Shown one piece after another: positions 49,627-64,000 of a DNA stretch of 64,000 bases. Location of the stretch: assembly GCA_965202585.1 (NCBI GenBank), contig OZ241834.1, forward strand, positions 24,180,001 through 24,244,000, given 5' to 3'. The stretch comes from Thalia democratica. Lineage: Eukaryota. The notes beneath the pieces were generated by a model. That model saw only the letters and a program-made list of their open reading frames with translations, did no database searches and had not been told where the DNA came from. Numbering within the stretch: the first letter of the stretch is position 1; each line of letters opens with the position of its first letter. The position numbers and the translations under genes were made by a program.

Positions 49627-51639
49627 GTCTTTTAAATCAAATTATGTGTGTACAGTTGTACAATGTACACATGAGTATTTTGTAAAACATGAGCAAAATA
49701 AATTCTTATTTTGATTACAAAATTAAATATATACTTTAACTAAACATCAACAACTTATTTAACACTTTTGAATTAGTTTTTTTTAGTAGCTTTTAGTATT
49801 AAAGATTGTTGTTTTTTTTCAGAGAAAATGTAAGCAAAAAAAAAATTATTTACAAAACTTTAAAAATTAAGTATATTATTATATTTGTGGAAAAGTGTCG
49901 AAAAATAACAAATATAATTTAAATAACAAAACAAATACTATAACCTAACTAAAAACAGATGAAAAGTCAAGTTTACTTATAAAAACTTGTTTTATTTTAT
50001 TCATTGTTCTGCATTTTTGAAGTATAGGTTTCATAATAAAAATATTTCAATTTTTTTTCTTTTTCTAAAAGTTCTATTGCATAAAAACACTAAATTTATT
50101 TTTCAACGTTTTTCGTATATTTAAGTGTTGTTTTAGTTTTACAAAATTTATAACATAAATATAAACTAAACTTTTACTAAAGGATAGTTTTTCAAAATCT
50201 GCTATAACTTCAATTATGTATAAAGAGAAATTTAATAATAATAGTACTAATAACTGAAAGTACTCAGTCTTTGTTTACTTTTTCAAAATGCTCATTTGTA
50301 TTTTAAATTATGTCCTAAAGTTTTTTCAGACAAGTAGCTTTTGTGATCACTTAAAAAATCTAGAAGACAACTTAAAGGTGGTTATAAAACATTTTATACG
50401 TTTTCAATAATAAATATAGACTTTATTTTAAATATGTAATATAATTTTAAAATATATTTGAACTATTTGTACATTTGAATTTATTTGTAAAAATTAAAAA
50501 CCTAATCTTCTTATAAATGTTATTTTGTTTATTGTTTTAGATTAGAAATAATCTCATTTATAAGTGCTGTTTTGCTTAAATAAAACAAAAAAAAATTTTA
50601 AATACTAAATTAACGTTCGATTAATTTAAGATAAAATTACATGCTCAAGTTAACTATGTTACAATTTTCTCATAAAAACGCTGAATAAATACCCTACTTT
50701 CGCTGTAAATATTGTTAATTTTGAATGCTAAATTTTAAGCCACTACTACAGTGATTTTGTAAACCTCCCCTTGTCTAACATTGTTTTGAACAAAACATAA
50801 TAAGGTAGTAAGAATGATTAACTAAGAAGAAATTGTCACATGTTTAGTGTATTTTTCTGAATGGTTATCAAAGGTAGCATGCTTCAAACTGAATAAGTTT
50901 AATTAGCTAACTGTTTTAAAGATTATAATTAATCTAAAAACTAATTTGAAACAATCATTTTATTTTTTAAATATTTTTTAGGGTAGAAAAACATCAGAAC
51001 TCCCCTCTGCAACATTAAATTTTTTCAATTTGAGTCATCAAGCGAGTGAGTTTGAGCTCATCATGTGTTATTCCACCTGCCCTATCTTTAAATTTATCAA
51101 GATTTTTTTTTCCTTTTAATTAAAAAATAAAACTAAATCTATCTATAAGCAAAAAAAGGAGAACACTTAATTAACCACAATAAAAAACTAATTCTAACCC
51201 TTATTGAAAAAACCACTTGTGACACGCTGTTTGGCAAATGCTCACAAGGTTATAATCTCAACATTAAAAACCACATGGTGTGGAAAAATCCTGAAGCTCA
51301 AATCCCCAAGCAAGTCCTGCCGACGTTCTGAACAAAACTACAATAGCATTTATGGTATCACTGCCACCAAAGTGATTCCACAACTAGCTGTTGAAAATTT
51401 AAGTAGCAAATACCATTAAGCAGTATAAATTAAAAACAAACAACTACAAAACAACAAACTTCTAAAAGAAAAAACAAAAACTAATGTAATTTATTGTTAG
51501 CACAAATCTTGATCAAAATTTAAAAGCTGGAAAAATATTTTCTCTCATCACAAAGTTATATTAGAAAAAGTACAACATCTCAACAGAAATATTCCTTTGT
51601 ATTTATATTTATCTTTTTAAATAATAGATATAAGAAAGA

Positions 51640-52990
51640 GTACTCATTAATAATACGATTTCTGACTCTTTAACAATTTACAGTGGAGTACCATAAAGTG
51701 GTGTAGTTGGTCCCCTTCTTTTTTTAATTTATATTAATGATATTTGTTCAAACATTGATATTAAAATTGAGTTAAGCTTATTTGCAGACAATGCCAAAAT
51801 CTTTAGTCAGTCAATTACTTCATTACAACTATCTTTAGATAATGTTTACACATGGTTAAAAACAAGAAAGCTAAACTTAAATCCTAGCAAATGTAAAATT
51901 CTAACCATTAACAAAAAAAAAATCTTCTCCAACTGACCTCTTAATCAATAACACCAAGTTACCAGAAGTTAAAGTTTTTAAAGATTTAGGAATTTTTATT
52001 TCTGAAAATTTAAAATGGAATGAACATATCAACTATTTATATAAGGTTGCACAAACTTCATGTTATCAAATATTAAAAAAATTCAAAATTAATTCTGCTT
52101 CAATTCTGACAAAACTATTTAAAACATATGTTTGCCCTCAACTTGAGTTTGATACCCAAATTTGGTCCCACTATTTAAAAAAGGACAATAATAAAATTGA
52201 ATCTGTGCAAAGGAGTTTTACCCGTCTTGTTTGTAATCGTTGCAACATATCTTACACATCATATAATGATAGAATGATTAAATTTGGTTTGGAATCACTG
52301 GAATATAGAAGATGGGAATTTGATCTATTAACTCTTTACAAAATTATCAATGGCAAATATAAAAGTTTTTTTAACCAGTTTTTTAGTTTTTCCCAAAATA
52401 AATATCAACTAAGAGGAAATAATTTGAAAATAAAATGTAAACATGATTTTCAAAACAGTCAGTGGCAAGGCTCATTTTTTCAGAGCAAAAGCTATGTGGA
52501 ACAGACTACCTTAGGATATAGTATATTGTGAGGGGGTTAGACGATTTTGTTTAAAGCTAAAAAGATTTGATTTAAATACAATAAATACTAGTAAAATTCA
52601 CTAATTTTCCACTATAAACAAAAGAAAAAAGTATTCTTTTTTCTACTCCTCCCCCTACAAACTATTAGTTTACTTTTATTTTTTTTGTAATTATGAATTT
52701 TGTTTTATAAGCGATGATTTTAGGCAAACTTCTTTATTGTGTGTACTAAGTAATATATAAGTTTGAATTTTTTGAATTGAATTTTTTTAATTTAGTTCAT
52801 TTGTATATCATATTGTGTTTGACTTGTGTTTTCATTTAAATTATGTTTTTGTATATATATATTTTATCTTAAAGTGTTGAATATCATTTTTTTTTCTTTT
52901 TCTTTTTGTGTGTCCTGTTTAAGTGGCTCAGGTTTTGATGCCTGAGTTCAACATTGCACAATAAACAATATAATAATAATATAATAAAAA
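51640..52990 (+). mobile_element. CR1/L2-clade LINE relic (RT domains to 3' tail)
   Basis: SGVP*SGVVGPLLFLIYINDI, LFADNAKIF, W...L.LNPSKC, KDLGIF, W.....KKD..KIESVQRSFTR, RRWEFDLLTLYKII, LRGN..K; frameshifts and stops; 3' UTR ends in a stem-loop and an (AAT)-rich tail at ~52960-52990. Confidence 0.92.
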
Positions 52991-54731
52991 TAAGATCAAT
53001 AACTTAAAATATTTAAACTTGAATTTGTACAGAAATCAAAAGGGAAACCAAAATATATAATTAATCTAGTTTATACACATTGTGTCCGGTTTGTTCCTGT
53101 TACATTATTGAAAAAAGCAAATGTTTAATTTTACTTTAGAGTAGCTATATTATTTTGAACTTCTGCAAAAATTTGTGTTAAAGGGACTATGTTTATCATT
53201 ATATCCTTTAAAGTTTTTTTAAATACACTAAGGTTTTTAAAATGTTACCAGGAAAATGTTTTACGTTTCTATTTTTATATAAACACTTGTACATAAATTA
53301 ACAATGTTTTCTCAGTTATATATATTTCAAAGTTAATAAATTTAGAGGTATAAAAAGGTTTAATTCACTAGTTTTGTAGCTACATTTTTTACATTAGGTA
53401 TTAAGCTATCAGTTATCTTTATTTGTCTATTTAATTTGAAATTTTTATGAGATATAAGTAATTAAAGTTCTGTATTTTGATTGGTTCCCTATGATTAGAG
53501 CAAACTGAAAAATATTTTTTTACTAAAAATCTATCTCTTCATTCAATTTTGTAGCGATCTTTAAAAAACTTCAATTTTATCTTTATATTATTTATAAACA
53601 ATAACTTTTTTATTTAGACATAATACTTTATTTTTTTCATTTAAAATAAAAACATTTTTTATCTAAGTATTCTATAAAAAGTTATGTAAAAATTTTAGAT
53701 ATGTAAATTATTAAACTAAAAACAAATATAAATTTTAAGTGGTTTTTTAAGTTTCCAAATTTATACAGTCAATAAAAGAGTTATGGTTTGTATTGGAAGT
53801 TTTTCAAAAAATGATTTATTCTCAAAAAACAATTGAAATTGTTTTGACACTGACTTATATTTCACAATTTAACATTTTATTAAGAAGCCAATTACATTTT
53901 TGTAAAAAAGTTGTACTAACTATGCCCTCAAGTACTCACAGTGTAGCTACAAGACTACTGGAATATATCACAATTGTGGTCAATGGATTAAATTGGATAA
54001 AGATCTTTAATTCATCAAGTCTCACACCATATATTTTTAAAATAATTTTGATCAGTTTTAATTATTTAATCAATAAAAAATAATTTTTGTTTTTATTTTT
54101 ATTTTCGTTAAATAACAAACTTAATTCTAAAAAATGGTATGCACTCTTTTAAAAACCCATTTCTGCTAATATTAACCATGACAAAAATAGGCCACAATTG
54201 GCACTACACCATCTCCAAAAGATTTCAATTTTTATGATCGTATATGCTCACATTTTTCTTGTTGCTTTTTCTATAAGAGCAACCCTGAAAATGCAAAAAA
54301 ACAGGTATGTTGTTAACAAATTAAAAAAGGAGAAGTAAAATTACTATAAAAAAACATATTTCATATCTTAAGATATATAAAAGCAAACATTAGATGAACA
54401 TAAACTGTAAAGTATGACATGTTTTAATAAAATCTGTAGATATATGTGCTTAAAAGTATAAAAAAGAAAAACTATTTTATTATTTCCTAATTTTTAAAGT
54501 ATGTAAATTACTCAGCTACAATCATTAATTCTCACACTAATAATTTCCAGATATTTGTAATAGAAAATTTAAAAAAAGTAAATAATTGCATAAAATAAAA
54601 ATATAGAACTAAAAATTTTTTTAAAAGTTAAATAAAAAGAAGAAGAAAACTTAACAACTACTTAAAGCTAATTACATAATCTTCAAGCAGTTATAAGTTT
54701 AATAAGTTTTTAATAAAATTGACCAAACAAA

Positions 54732-63703
<8,972 letters not shown>

Positions 63704-64000
63704 GTTTGTGATTTATAATGTTTATAATGTGTTGTATTTAGTAATGTTTTCACTTCACAAGTTGTTGTTTTATTTAGAAAATAAATCGTCAAAAAGTTGA
63801 TAAGTAGTATTATATATTCTTGTTTTATAGCTGAAGCCTCTTTAAAAAGTTTTCTAACTAAAAATGTTTAAAAACAATTATCTTGGTTTGTACAGTCTTT
63901 TTAATTGAAATTTTTGCAAAATAAAAAAAATTTTGAAACTATTTTAACAATAATTGAACTACTAATGTAACAACTTTTCAATTATTAATGTAACGACGTT

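Overview
AT-rich, intron-rich metazoan genomic DNA (species not determinable; short GC-richer exons in very AT-rich introns, and the orphan 7TM gene is reminiscent of tunicates, which is only an impression). Hand-spliced gene models: a complete 17-exon DHTKD1 (- strand, 28784-40072, 896 aa), the first 8 exons of a classical dynamin (+ strand, from 54732), a 7TM GPCR-like gene with an intronless CDS (-, 45128-46222), a frameshifted BACK-kelch pseudogene (+, ~14976-17952) and a possible first coding exon of a DPF/requiem-like gene (-, 1661-1753). The rest is MITEs (8-bp-TSD hAT-like, TTAA Kolobok-like, and two mutually nested families with 6-bp TSDs), relics of a hAT transposase, CR1-type LINE and Penelope-like elements, and one hammerhead ribozyme with an intact core. 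The most unusual signal is that six splice junctions in the two multi-exon genes are tandemly duplicated into their own introns (2 to about 12 copies of 'intron end + exon start' or 'exon end + donor'). This creates decoy splice sites of different ages. One array, in dynamin, is nearly identical and fully in-frame, and would duplicate the GTPase G4 motif if spliced in. All coordinates were read by eye; no alignments or searches were run.
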